From: Bacteroidota bacterium
Lineage (GTDB): Bacteria > Bacteroidota > Bacteroidia > Flavobacteriales_D > JABDKJ01
Assembly (NCBI GenBank): GCA_024279715.1
Contig: JAJRRH010000154.1
Location: 1 to 41,124, forward strand
Length of the DNA stretch: 41,124 nt
Reading direction: 5' to 3'
Part shown: positions 1 through 9,586 of the stretch, in pieces
Position numbering within the stretch: position 1 is the stretch's first letter
How the letters are laid out: each line of letters starts with the position of its first letter
Position numbers and translations under genes: made by a program
The notes under the pieces: model-generated
Database searches by the model: none
Told to the model about the DNA's origin: nothing
Seen by the model: only the letters and a program-made list of their open reading frames with translations

Positions 1-1689
1 AATAAACGAGAGATATCCCGAAAAAGTCCCTTCTCCTTGAATGGGCTTAAATCATCAAAACACACAAACTTAGGGCCTTTCTGTGTTTTTGAAAAAACCA
101 TCTACTACACCGTATCCACTAAGAATTTTAAAGGACACAATAATCTAAAGATAATAAAGGCTACTATTGATGATAATGGCAAAATCACAGATGAGCAAGA
201 ACTAGAAGTGTGCAAAAAAAGCTTCTCAGCGGCACATCCTACTATAAGCGAAGATGGAAAAAAACTATTCTTCTCCTCAGACATGCCTGGCGGTTTTGGT
301 GGTATGGATCTATATGTTTCCTATCTTACTGTTAGTGGCTGGGGTGTTCCAATTAACCTTGGCAATTGGGTGAACACCGTAGGCAATGAAGTTTTTCCTC
401 ATTATCACAATAACAAGATATACTTTTCTTCTGATGGGCTTGACAGTTATGGCGGTCTTGACATATATAGTGTAGATGATGATTACACCTTAGAAAATGT
501 AATCAACTTGAAGTATCCAATAAATACACCATTTGATGATTTTGGAATAAGTCTAATAGATGAAAACTCAGGCTACTTCAGTTCAAATAGACCAACGAGC
601 AAAAAGGGAGACAACCTATACTCATTCAAACTAAGAAAGATAGAAACAGAAAGCGCGAAAATAACAGGCATAATGAAACAAGAAGGCATTCCCATTGCCA
701 ATGCGGAAGTTCAACTACTAGATATGGATGGGAATGTCCTGGAAACAACCATGACGGATGCTAACGGTAATTTCGTTTTTAATCGCCAACCCGACCCCGG
801 TCGTTATGGTATTCAGCTAGCCAATACCACAGATAATTCAAAACACATATCGTTAAGTCTAACGGATGAAGTCGGCAATGTCATTAGTGAGTTACAAGTT
901 AATTCTAAGGGAGTTTTCGTCTTCGAGATGTTTGCGCTGGACGAAGTGGATGAACTCAGTCTTTTCACTCTAAATGACACTGATCCGTATATGTTAGATC
1001 TACGTGGTATCGTTTATCGAGACGTACCCGGCGACGTAAAAGCAATCTACAATATTGAGATTCAAGACAAGGATTACTTAGAGTTAGCGTATGTCAAAAC
1101 CGATGAAAATGCTCTATTTATCGCGGAAGACCTACCTTATGATGCCCGCTATATAATACAGGTGGAGACAGGAGAGCAAAACCTAAAAGTAGCAATTGTA
1201 GACCAAGATAATAATATTATCCAAGAACTGTTTACTCCAGGAAACAATCTATTTGCATACCAACACATCGGTGATCCAACAGAGCTTACATCTATTCTGG
1301 ATAATAACCAATCGACGGAGATAGTCATGAAAAACGAGTCTATAAAGATATCAAACATCTACTATGGATACGACTCTGCAAAACTAAACGCTGAAGCAAA
1401 AAAAAGTCTTAGCAAATTAGCGGAAACATTAAAAAACAATAAACGATTAACAATAGAGCTAATATCACACACAGACTCTAGAGGGACATTAAGATCTAAC
1501 GAAGACCTTTCACAGCGAAGAGCCCAATCTGCTAGGAAATACCTTATACGAAAGGGAGTGAAATCAAATCGCATAATCGCTAAAGGTTTCGGATGGAGCG
1601 AGCCTCTCATAGACTGTTTTAATCATGAATGCACCGAGGAGGATCACGCCAAGAATAGGCGTACCGAATTCAGGATCATTTCCAACTAA
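1..1689 (+). CDS. OmpA-family peptidoglycan-binding protein with PD40/WD40-like propeller and carboxypeptidase-regulatory-like repeats (PorE-like architecture), 5'-truncated by the window
   Basis: Frame 1 is open from base 1, so the real start lies upstream. PD40 motifs HPTISEDGKKLFFSSDMPGGFGGMDLY and YFSSDG...GGLDIY. C-terminal OmpA domain with IYYGYDS, SHTDSRG..N..LSQRRA and NRRTEF. Confidence 0.85.
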   Translation, partial: NKREISRKSPFSLNGLKSSKHTNLGPFCVFEKTIYYTVSTKNFKGHNNLKIIKATIDDNGKITDEQELEVCKKSFSAAHPTISEDGKKLFFSSDMPGGFGGMDLYVSYLTVSGWGVPINLGNWVNTVGNEVFPHYHNNKIYFSSDGLDSYGGLDIYSVDDDYTLENVINLKYPINTPFDDFGISLIDENSGYFSSNRPTSKKGDNLYSFKLRKIETESAKITGIMKQEGIPIANAEVQLLDMDGNVLETTMTDANGNFVFNRQPDPGRYGIQLANTTDNSKHISLSLTDEVGNVISELQVNSKGVFVFEMFALDEVDELSLFTLNDTDPYMLDLRGIVYRDVPGDVKAIYNIEIQDKDYLELAYVKTDENALFIAEDLPYDARYIIQVETGEQNLKVAIVDQDNNIIQELFTPGNNLFAYQHIGDPTELTSILDNNQSTEIVMKNESIKISNIYYGYDSAKLNAEAKKSLSKLAETLKNNKRLTIELISHTDSRGTLRSNEDLSQRRAQSARKYLIRKGVKSNRIIAKGFGWSEPLIDCFNHECTEEDHAKNRRTEFRIISN

Positions 1690-1756
1690 GCGCTTTTGTT
1701 GAAAATCATTTTTTGTAATTAAGCTCAAAGGACTTTTCTTTGAGCAAAAATTATTC

Positions 1757-3040
1757 ATGAACGTTCTAATTATTGGATCTGGCGGAAGAGAACATGCTAT
1801 TGCATGGAAACTATCCCAAAGCAAAAAATTATCACAACTATTTATCACACCAGGGAATCCCGGCACTGAACAATACGGTACAAACGTCAACCTAAATATC
1901 GATGACATTGACAAACTCTGTTCCTTTATAGAAGACCATAAGATAGAAGTCGTTGTCGTTGGGCCAGAAATTCCGTTAGTGGATGGCATTCATGACAAAA
2001 TCATCAATAGTTCTTTGATCAACAAGCCAGTGGTCATTGGTCCGAAATCCAAGGGAGCTGCCTTGGAAGGAAGCAAGAAACATGCAAAAGAATTTATGAT
2101 TAGACATAACATTCCTACCGCTCGCTATCAATCCTTTGACAAGAATAATATTGCTAGAGCCCGAGCTTTTTTAGACGAACTAGAACCTCCCTATGTTCTT
2201 AAGGCGGATGGATTGGCAGCAGGAAAAGGAGTGCTAATCATAGAAGACAAAGAAGAAGCGCTTCAATCATTAAAAAATATGATTGAAGACCAACAATTCG
2301 GTTCTGCTGGCGACCAAGTAGTCATAGAAGAATTTCTAATAGGGATCGAGCTGTCTGTGTTTGTCCTGACGGATGGCAGTGATTATGTCATATTACCTAC
2401 CGCCAAAGATTATAAACGTATCGGAGAAGGAGATACAGGTTTGAACACTGGCGGCATGGGTGCTATTTCACCAGCACCCTCAGCTAGCAGAGAATTCCTC
2501 AATAAGGTAGAAGAAACGATAATAAAACCTACCATACAAGGATTGATTAACGATAATACGGACTACCAAGGCTTCATTTTTATAGGATTAATGGATGTAA
2601 ATGGCGAACCCAAAGTGATAGAATATAATGTTCGCCTCGGCGATCCCGAAACAGAGGCCATCCTTCCGAGGATTGAAAATGATCTGTTGGAATTATTCGA
2701 AGCCGTTCAAAACAAAACATTGGCTAATATTGACATAACTATAAATCCGCTGCCTTCGTGCACCGTAGTAATGGCATCAGGTGGTTATCCAGAGAGTTAT
2801 GTCAAAGGGTATCCTATTCTAGGACTTGACCAAAATGAAGATTCATTAGTATTTCATGCGGGCACAAAGTTTCATGACAAGAGCCTAGTAACCAACGGAG
2901 GACGGGTGCTTGCAATAACTTCTATTGGTGAAAAACTACCAGAAGCAATCGTTAAATGTTATCATACCATTGACAACATCACATTTGAAAAAAAATATTT
3001 TAGAAAAGATATTGGATATGAAATCCAAGAAGAAAATTAA
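1757..3040 (+). CDS. purD: Phosphoribosylamine--glycine ligase
   Basis: N-terminal IIGSGGREHA, VVGPE, LEGSK, KADGLAAGKGV, GLNTGGMGA, EYNVRLGDPE and TNGGRVL motifs. Confidence 0.98.
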   Translation: MNVLIIGSGGREHAIAWKLSQSKKLSQLFITPGNPGTEQYGTNVNLNIDDIDKLCSFIEDHKIEVVVVGPEIPLVDGIHDKIINSSLINKPVVIGPKSKGAALEGSKKHAKEFMIRHNIPTARYQSFDKNNIARARAFLDELEPPYVLKADGLAAGKGVLIIEDKEEALQSLKNMIEDQQFGSAGDQVVIEEFLIGIELSVFVLTDGSDYVILPTAKDYKRIGEGDTGLNTGGMGAISPAPSASREFLNKVEETIIKPTIQGLINDNTDYQGFIFIGLMDVNGEPKVIEYNVRLGDPETEAILPRIENDLLELFEAVQNKTLANIDITINPLPSCTVVMASGGYPESYVKGYPILGLDQNEDSLVFHAGTKFHDKSLVTNGGRVLAITSIGEKLPEAIVKCYHTIDNITFEKKYFRKDIGYEIQEEN

Positions 3041-3219
3041 ATGATACCCCCTTCTTCTCTAGCTTTTTTGGCGTAATTCTTCATAGTAACCATCCAATAC
3101 CCTAAGGCTGCAAAACCTACCCCAATAAAGATGTAATTTGGAATATTTCCTAGTGGCTCTATCGTATAGATGAAGATTGTTTCAAAGATATCTCCTAAAC
3201 TGTAAATAAAATCTGTCAT
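3037..3219 (-). CDS. Small single-pass membrane protein (DUF6341-like)
   Basis: 60 aa with a hydrophobic segment NYIFIGVGFAALGYWM. It has its own TACTTTTG -7 promoter (3239-3246, minus strand). The position next to purD matches recalled Flavobacteriia synteny. Confidence 0.65.
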   Translation of the reverse strand: MTDFIYSLGDIFETIFIYTIEPLGNIPNYIFIGVGFAALGYWMVTMKNYAKKAREEGGII

Positions 3220-3287
3220 AGTATCGTGATTTTCGATACAAAAGTAAGTATTATTGTCAATAATATTACAACAATTTTTAGGTATTT

Positions 3288-4289
3288 ATGATCCATAAGA
3301 TAGTAACATCAAACAAAATAGGGACTACGTTCCTTTTTCCATTAGTTTTATTGATTATTTTCATTCCGTTTTTTATAATAAACGTTGTCTCTAGCAACAA
3401 CTTATCTGTCTTTCAATCCTTCTTTATCAATGGAGAATCGAATTATCCTATCCTAATGAAGATATTGTTACTCGTAGTAATAATGATTTCGGCTTTTATA
3501 CTTCAAAAATCAATCCTCGGGCTAGAATTACAAAGAGACAGGGGCAATCATTCATTATATTGGTATGGTTTTTTCAATTGCTTGTTTCTCACTTCCGAAT
3601 TAGACCTCAGTATACCCATCTCTAATCTTTTACTTATTGCGGCATTGCTTCGAGTATTTTCGGTGTATCGAAATCAAAATGCTAATAAAGAGGCATTTGA
3701 CAGTGGACTATTGTTAGGAATGGCATCGCTATTCAATCCCTTTTACTCAATACTTATATTATTTATTCTGATCGCCCTTACAACCTTAAAGACACTCAAT
3801 TTCAGAGAAATAACACTATCATTTGTTGGTTTATTCACCCCCATCTTCTTCACCTATTTTAGCGCATATTTTTTTGACCTTGACATACAGGCTTATTACA
3901 CCCAGCTCAGTTGGAATCCAAAAGACATGCTATCCCTAATAAACAACAAGGTGGACAAGGCAACCTCCTTAGAGATATTTGGCAGCATAATGACATTATT
4001 GGTCATCGTCTATGGTGTTTTCAAATTGATTCAAATAGCAAATAGCGAAAACACAAGGAGAAGTAAGATTTTCCAGCTGCTGTTTATCCTTACTTTGTTC
4101 ATGGTGACCATACAGTTACTGAGCAGGCTCAATGGAATGAATTCTGCCTCGATAATCATATTATCCGTACCTATAAGTGCTATGATGATTCATTTCTTTT
4201 CAGGCAACAGACTTAAATGGATTCCATTAAGCCTCTTTTATCTTTGGTTTGTAACAGCACTAATAAACATATCGATACTTGCGTTCTAA
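3288..4289 (+). CDS. Polytopic membrane protein (DUF6427-like)
   Basis: About 9-10 hydrophobic segments and the motif FDSGLLLGMASLF. The family is recalled as a purD neighbour in Bacteroidota. Confidence 0.7.
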   Translation: MIHKIVTSNKIGTTFLFPLVLLIIFIPFFIINVVSSNNLSVFQSFFINGESNYPILMKILLLVVIMISAFILQKSILGLELQRDRGNHSLYWYGFFNCLFLTSELDLSIPISNLLLIAALLRVFSVYRNQNANKEAFDSGLLLGMASLFNPFYSILILFILIALTTLKTLNFREITLSFVGLFTPIFFTYFSAYFFDLDIQAYYTQLSWNPKDMLSLINNKVDKATSLEIFGSIMTLLVIVYGVFKLIQIANSENTRRSKIFQLLFILTLFMVTIQLLSRLNGMNSASIIILSVPISAMMIHFFSGNRLKWIPLSLFYLWFVTALINISILAF

Positions 4290-4351
4290 GATTGTTTAAA
4301 ATATGTGCTGAATCTTTGAAAACTCTACCATTATAAATATCAATGAAGTCG

Positions 4352-4359
4352 TACCTTTG
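4352..4359 (+). promoter_or_regulatory. Bacteroidota -7 promoter element for purQ-udk
   Basis: TACCTTTG matches TAnnTTTG and lies 21 nt before the ATG. Confidence 0.7.
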
Positions 4360-4380
4360 TAAAAACAAATATTAAACAAA

Positions 4381-5073
4381 ATGAAATTTGGTGTTGTTAC
4401 TTTCCTTGGGTCAAACTGCGACGAAGACATTAACCATGCACTATCTCAACATTTGGGTGCTGAAGTTGTGAGTTTATGGCATAAAGACACAGATCTTCAA
4501 GACTGTGATTTCATTATACTTCCAGGTGGATTTTCATACGGAGACTACTTACGATCTGGCGCTATCGCAAGATTTTCTCCCATCATGAATGAAGTTGTAA
4601 ATCATGCCAACAAAGGCGGTTATGTATTTGGAGTATGTAATGGCTTTCAGATATTATGTGAAGCCAAACTTCTACCGGGCACGTTATTGCACAACGTGGA
4701 TCATAAATTCATTTGCAAAAACACATACATCGTACCCCAATCAAACTCTGCTATGATTTGTGATGGATTAGATCATAACACAGCACTTAAAATTCCAATT
4801 GCCCATGGCGAAGGAAGATATTATGACAGCGCTGAGAATATAAAACGACTTAACGAAAACGATCAAGTTACTTTTAGATATTGTAATGAAAATGGTATCG
4901 TTACTGCAGACGCTAACCCTAATGGGTCTTTAGAAAACATTGCTGGAATATGCAACAGTACTAAGAATGTATTTGGAATGATGCCTCACCCTGAAAGAGC
5001 GGTAGATCCAATATTGGGTAATGAGGATGGGCGAAAAATTCTTGCCAACATGATATCAAATGTGATCGCCTAG
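4381..5073 (+). CDS. purQ: Phosphoribosylformylglycinamidine synthase glutaminase subunit
   Basis: GSNCD, PGGFSYGDYLR, nucleophile GVCNGFQIL, IAHGEG, NPNGS and MMPHPER. Confidence 0.98.
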   Translation: MKFGVVTFLGSNCDEDINHALSQHLGAEVVSLWHKDTDLQDCDFIILPGGFSYGDYLRSGAIARFSPIMNEVVNHANKGGYVFGVCNGFQILCEAKLLPGTLLHNVDHKFICKNTYIVPQSNSAMICDGLDHNTALKIPIAHGEGRYYDSAENIKRLNENDQVTFRYCNENGIVTADANPNGSLENIAGICNSTKNVFGMMPHPERAVDPILGNEDGRKILANMISNVIA

Positions 5074-5076
5074 ATC

Positions 5077-5700
5077 ATGGTTAAACCAAAAATCATAGTT
5101 GGAATATCAGGTGGTAGTGGCTCAGGAAAGACTAGCTTGCTAAATAGCCTCCTTGATGTATACTCCAAAGATGAAATATGTATCGTATCACAAGATAATT
5201 ACTATCGACCTCTTAAAGAACAATTTGTAGATGAGAACGGCGAAGTTAATTTTGATTTACCAGAGTCCATTGATATAGAAAAATTCGTAGAAGATCTCAA
5301 CCTTCTCTCCTCTGGGAAACAAATTGAAAAAACGGAATACACATTCAATAATAACGCCAAAGAAGCTCAGACAATTGTCGTCAACCCAGCTAAAATTCTA
5401 GTCATCGAAGGACTTTTTATTTTTCATTTCAAAATGATAATGGAAAAAATTAATCTAGCTGTTTTTGTGCATACAGATCGAAATCTTCGACTTGAAAGAC
5501 GCATAAAAAGAGATGGTAAAGAAAGGGGATACCCTGAAGCCACTGTAATATATCAGTGGGAAAACCACGTAGAACCTGCCTTTAAAAGTTACCTAGAACC
5601 GTATAAAAAAGACTGTCATTTAACGATCAACAATAATGAATCCTATCAATTAGGACTTATGGAATTAAAGCGAATACTTGATAATAAGCTAAGAAAATAG
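5077..5700 (+). CDS. udk: Uridine kinase
   Basis: P-loop GISGGSGSGKT, QDNYY, NFDLPESID, IEGLF and RRIKRD..ERG. Confidence 0.88.
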   Translation: MVKPKIIVGISGGSGSGKTSLLNSLLDVYSKDEICIVSQDNYYRPLKEQFVDENGEVNFDLPESIDIEKFVEDLNLLSSGKQIEKTEYTFNNNAKEAQTIVVNPAKILVIEGLFIFHFKMIMEKINLAVFVHTDRNLRLERRIKRDGKERGYPEATVIYQWENHVEPAFKSYLEPYKKDCHLTINNNESYQLGLMELKRILDNKLRK

Positions 5701-5708
5701 AGGGTATT

Positions 5709-5739
5709 AAAAAGCCCAATGTTGAACACTGGGCTTTTT
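5709..5739. terminator. Bidirectional intrinsic terminator
   Basis: AAAAAGCCCA-ATGTTGAACAC-TGGGCTTTTT, an inverted repeat with A and T tracts on both sides, between convergent transcription units. Confidence 0.85.
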
Positions 5740-5798
5740 AGAGAATGATATTCGATTGTTAATGATAATCTTCCGATCACCTAAGTGACCAATTCTTT
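5709..5798 (-). ncRNA. Candidate small RNA (~90 nt)
   Basis: Minus-strand TATATTTG -7 box at 5804-5811 with a TTG about 20 nt upstream. It is followed by the hairpin GGTCAC-TTAG-GTGATC and ends at the 5709-5739 terminator. No ATG-initiated ORF lies inside. Confidence 0.45.
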
Positions 5799-5872
5799 TT
5801 TGGCAAATATACAATGTTAAACTCCACTTGTCAATGACAATTGCATGTTTGTCGATAAATATCTAGCGTTCA

Positions 5873-7504
5873 TCACATTTCGTTATGCAAACTATCCGTT
5901 GATTCACCAATTTCCTCTAATTCTTGACGATTTAGCCAATCTTTAGCATCCATCAATCCGTCTTTATCCATCACCCAGTAATGATTCTTTAAGTATTTTC
6001 TAGACCTTCGGGACACACCTTCAATCTTATCGATGATCAAATATATCTTATCCTCAAGATAAATACATTTCCCTTCAGGTACGGAGAGTTCGAATTTCAC
6101 TTGTTGCCCTCGTAGCTTATCATCCAATGGAAAAGAATATGTCGGATCAATTGACAATACGCCATCACTAATATCATAATCAAGCTCAATATTGTTAATT
6201 CTATCCTCCACATCACCATAATCGGATCCCCTTGCAGATTTTAGAACTCTCAATGATGCAGACTCACCGTCCTCACCCAGAACGATATCTAGACTTACAT
6301 TGCCCATTCGAACATTTCCATCATTAATATTTAAGCTGTTAATCTTCCAATCGTTAACCTTCCAATTATCTCCAGCCATTGGCGTTGATGATAATTTAAG
6401 ATTTAAAGTGTCAGAATTCATATGAATGTTGATATCACTACTTATGTCATCCTCATATTTGTATTCTCTCCCCAAATTAATGGAAGCAAATATGGTGACG
6501 AAAACTCCAACAATCCATGCCGTGACTAATGATGCACCTACCCCTCGATATGGCCATTCAAAACGGAACAACATTTTTAATCCTACTAGAAATATAGACA
6601 AAAGAGGAATACCTATAAGAAGGCATATTCCTAAAATAAACATTCCGCTATGAAGTGAAGAATCGAATATACCCATCATTAGTTCGTCAAGAGAAATTGG
6701 TGACATCGAGGTATTAATTTTGGCAAACGGCAGATTAAAGACCAGTCCGATTAAACCTAATAACAATCCTAGTCCCAAGAAAATAAACAATCCGCCTATT
6801 AAATACCCAACAAACTTAAAACCTAATCGTAGGAAGTCAGAAATGAAATCTATGACTTTAGAAACACCATTTTTTACCCCTCCTGTTCTCTTCCCAATAT
6901 TCTCAGCTTCAAATTTCACCTTTTCTATTCCTTCGTTGACTTTTTTTTTTATAGAGTCAATATCCACTGAATCGCCATGCATCCTTATCTTATCCGAAGT
7001 CGTTTTGGCTTCAGGAATAATAATAGCCATAATTATATAAGGTAGTATTCCTATTCCAAAGAAAAATACTGAGATAACTAATATCAATCTAATCCATACA
7101 GAATCGACCTGGAAGTAAGCCCCTAATCCAGCACACACCCCGCTCACAATTCCATTCTCTTTGTCTCTAAATAGCTTCTTGCCGGTAGCATTATACGACT
7201 GAGAGTTTGAACCACTACTTTGACTAGCTGTTTCTTCCTCTTCGTCGATATAAACTTCGGGTTCTCCCATTATTTCTATGACTTCCAAGACGTCTTTTTC
7301 TGTCACTACTTGTTTAGATGTATTTATTCTCTCTTCAAATAACTCTGCTATTCGCAGTTCAATGTCATCCAAAATTTCATCCCGACTTTCGTTGTTACTA
7401 AAATACCCTTTAATGGTGGACAAATACTTTCTAAGTCTGTCATAAGCGTCTTCTTCAATATTAAAAATGATCCCGCTTATATTTACTGATATAGTTTTTT
7501 TCAT
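5873..7504 (-). CDS. pspC: PspC domain-containing membrane protein (envelope stress response)
   Basis: N-terminus MKKTISVNISGIIFNIEEDAY..L..YL (PadR-partner type). PspC domain LFRD...VSGVCAGLGAYF...IRL...YII...IIPEA, several TM helices and a C-terminal periplasmic beta-rich domain. Confidence 0.88.
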   Translation of the reverse strand: MKKTISVNISGIIFNIEEDAYDRLRKYLSTIKGYFSNNESRDEILDDIELRIAELFEERINTSKQVVTEKDVLEVIEIMGEPEVYIDEEEETASQSSGSNSQSYNATGKKLFRDKENGIVSGVCAGLGAYFQVDSVWIRLILVISVFFFGIGILPYIIMAIIIPEAKTTSDKIRMHGDSVDIDSIKKKVNEGIEKVKFEAENIGKRTGGVKNGVSKVIDFISDFLRLGFKFVGYLIGGLFIFLGLGLLLGLIGLVFNLPFAKINTSMSPISLDELMMGIFDSSLHSGMFILGICLLIGIPLLSIFLVGLKMLFRFEWPYRGVGASLVTAWIVGVFVTIFASINLGREYKYEDDISSDINIHMNSDTLNLKLSSTPMAGDNWKVNDWKINSLNINDGNVRMGNVSLDIVLGEDGESASLRVLKSARGSDYGDVEDRINNIELDYDISDGVLSIDPTYSFPLDDKLRGQQVKFELSVPEGKCIYLEDKIYLIIDKIEGVSRRSRKYLKNHYWVMDKDGLMDAKDWLNRQELEEIGESTDSLHNEM

Positions 7505-7525
7505 GATGTATTGTTTATCTTGTGG

Positions 7526-7873
7526 TTAGTCGATTGTTTTTTTACTTGCTTGATTTACGGATTTCACTAATTCTTGCCATGTGCTATCCAGTTCTATCAA
7601 TGTTCGCTCTCCGAGTTCGGTCAGTCGGTAGTATTTCCTAGGAGGACCTGAAGTAGACTCCTCCCACTGGTATGCTAGCAGTCCGCCATTCTTCAGCCTG
7701 GTAAGCAATGGATACAACGTACCCTCAACTACTATCAGCTTAGCATCTTTCATCTCATGAATTATATCCGAAGGATATGCTTCCTTTTTTCTCTTTAATG
7801 TCCCAAGGATGCAATACTCTAGTATTCCTTTTCTCATTTGAGACTTTGTATTATCTATTTTAAACTCTGCCAT
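7526..7873 (-). CDS. PadR-family transcriptional regulator
   Basis: QMRKGILEYCIL, EGTLYPLLTRL and GPPRKYYRLT..G. Confidence 0.95.
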   Translation of the reverse strand: MAEFKIDNTKSQMRKGILEYCILGTLKRKKEAYPSDIIHEMKDAKLIVVEGTLYPLLTRLKNGGLLAYQWEESTSGPPRKYYRLTELGERTLIELDSTWQELVKSVNQASKKTID

Positions 7874-7913
7874 TCTTTACAGTACTTGTTGATGCAAATA
7901 TATATGTTTTATC

Positions 7914-7938
7914 TAGTACTATGCTATGCATTGTACTA
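7914..7938. promoter_or_regulatory. Putative PadR operator
   Basis: TAGTACTATGC-TAT-GCATTGTACTA, an 11-bp inverted repeat with 1 mismatch. It lies upstream of the minus-strand -7 box TATATTTG (7895-7902), over the expected -33 region. Confidence 0.6.
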
Positions 7939-8135
7939 TAATTATTTGCACCACCACCTTATCTAACTGTACTAAAGCGTTTTAATGAATATTATTAATT
8001 ACTTAAAATAATTTTTACGTAACAAAACAGTGTTTCGAGGGTAATTTCAGAGTGCTTTTATCGCTTAAAAAACACGTTGGACGTCATTTTTTAGTCTGAT
8101 TCTGAAAAAACAAGAAGAATGATTGATAATATGAA

Positions 8136-8726
8136 TTAGAATCTATTGCTGAAATTTAGCAATTCTATTTTTCTATTTTTCCACTTCCGATTCATCAATT
8201 CGAGCAATACGAAATCGATCATAGCATGTGCTATTGCGGCGGACCATATACCGTATTCATCGGTCATGAAGCCAAGAAAGGCAATCAAAAGAGTCATACT
8301 CAGACCATAAATACTGATCCGCCAGTCACGAGGGTCGATATATCCATGAATAATCACAAAGAAAAAAGCAGTAGTCCATATTCCTAGAAAGGGTTGTATT
8401 GCTCCTCGAAATAATAATTCCTCTCCTATTCCTGCACACAGAGAAATAATAATGATATCCAAATGACTTAGATTCAATTGACCAATTAGACCAAGGTACT
8501 TGCTAGATTTTGGACTCACCCATTTAGATTCAGAAATATACCATGCTAGCAATCCGGCTATGATTCCTACCATCAATCCTATTACCAATTGCTCCCATAT
8601 CGGGATATAACTCCTAAAAACGATTTGAAAATTATGGTCATTGAAAAAATACAACGCGACTATCCCTACCAAAGGAAAAACAATAAGCGTGATTAACGCC
8701 ATCAACAACAACTTAGACTTACTCAA
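8136..8726 (-). CDS. CPBP (CAAX/Abi) family intramembrane metalloprotease
   Basis: GIGEELLFRG (EExxxR), FFVIIH and AHAMID motifs with multiple TM helices. TTG start. Confidence 0.9.
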   Translation of the reverse strand: MSKSKLLLMALITLIVFPLVGIVALYFFNDHNFQIVFRSYIPIWEQLVIGLMVGIIAGLLAWYISESKWVSPKSSKYLGLIGQLNLSHLDIIIISLCAGIGEELLFRGAIQPFLGIWTTAFFFVIIHGYIDPRDWRISIYGLSMTLLIAFLGFMTDEYGIWSAAIAHAMIDFVLLELMNRKWKNRKIELLNFSNRF

Positions 8727-8736
8727 TATATGTAGG

Positions 8737-9498
8737 TTATATCATGAATGAACCATTATTGATGTCGATAGATTGACCCGTCATAGAGGTTTGTCCACCA
8801 GAAAAAAGATAGGCTACGAAATTTGCAATTTCATCAGGCTGAGACATTTTTCCTAATGGCACGAAACCCATCTGCTCTTCAAAAGCTTGTTCATAAGGTT
8901 TGTTAGTAGCATCCGCAATGGCCTGAATACCTGCCTTAGCCATTTCTGTCTCTACCCATCCTGGCAATATGGCATTAACCAATATTTTACTTGAAGCAAA
9001 ATCTATAGCCAAGGCTTTGACTAGCCCATTGACTCCAGTCTTGGCAGTAATATATGCTGGGTAATTTGGCACAGCAAATCGTGATAAACAAGACCCTGTA
9101 ATCAATATATGCTTATACTCCTGTTTGGAGGATTTTAGAAATGGTAAGCATTCCATAATGGTATAGTATGGCCCTGATATATTGGTTTGAATTATCTCTT
9201 CCCACCGATCGTTATCACCATATACATTTGCACCACCGATACCCGCATTTGCAAATACCCCCACAAGATTATCTTCGTTATTAATATTATTTTGAAAAGC
9301 ATGTTGCAATTGCCTTTTGTTTCCAACATCCACACTTATGACTTTATGACCACTACCAGAAAGTAGCTCTTTGGTCTCCTCTAAGCTTTCTATTGTTCTC
9401 CCGACTAAAAAAACTTGATACCCTTCTTCCGCCAGCTTCACGGCTGCTGCTCTACCTATACCAGACCCAGCACCTGTTATTAATATGGATTTTTTCAT
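8737..9498 (-). CDS. Short-chain dehydrogenase/reductase
   Basis: TGAGSGIG, ANAG, catalytic YITAK (YxxxK), NAILPGWVETEM and TGQSIDINNG. Start reassigned to ATG 9498 (MKKSILITG) because the longer ORF overlaps the divergent gene. Confidence 0.92.
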   Translation of the reverse strand: MKKSILITGAGSGIGRAAAVKLAEEGYQVFLVGRTIESLEETKELLSGSGHKVISVDVGNKRQLQHAFQNNINNEDNLVGVFANAGIGGANVYGDNDRWEEIIQTNISGPYYTIMECLPFLKSSKQEYKHILITGSCLSRFAVPNYPAYITAKTGVNGLVKALAIDFASSKILVNAILPGWVETEMAKAGIQAIADATNKPYEQAFEEQMGFVPLGKMSQPDEIANFVAYLFSGGQTSMTGQSIDINNGSFMI

Positions 9499-9586
9499 CA
9501 ATACTTTTTTACAAATGTATTGAACTTTTAGCATCCTTACCCCATCCGATTCACACAAAATGAACTTATCTTTGCAAAAAATAATT

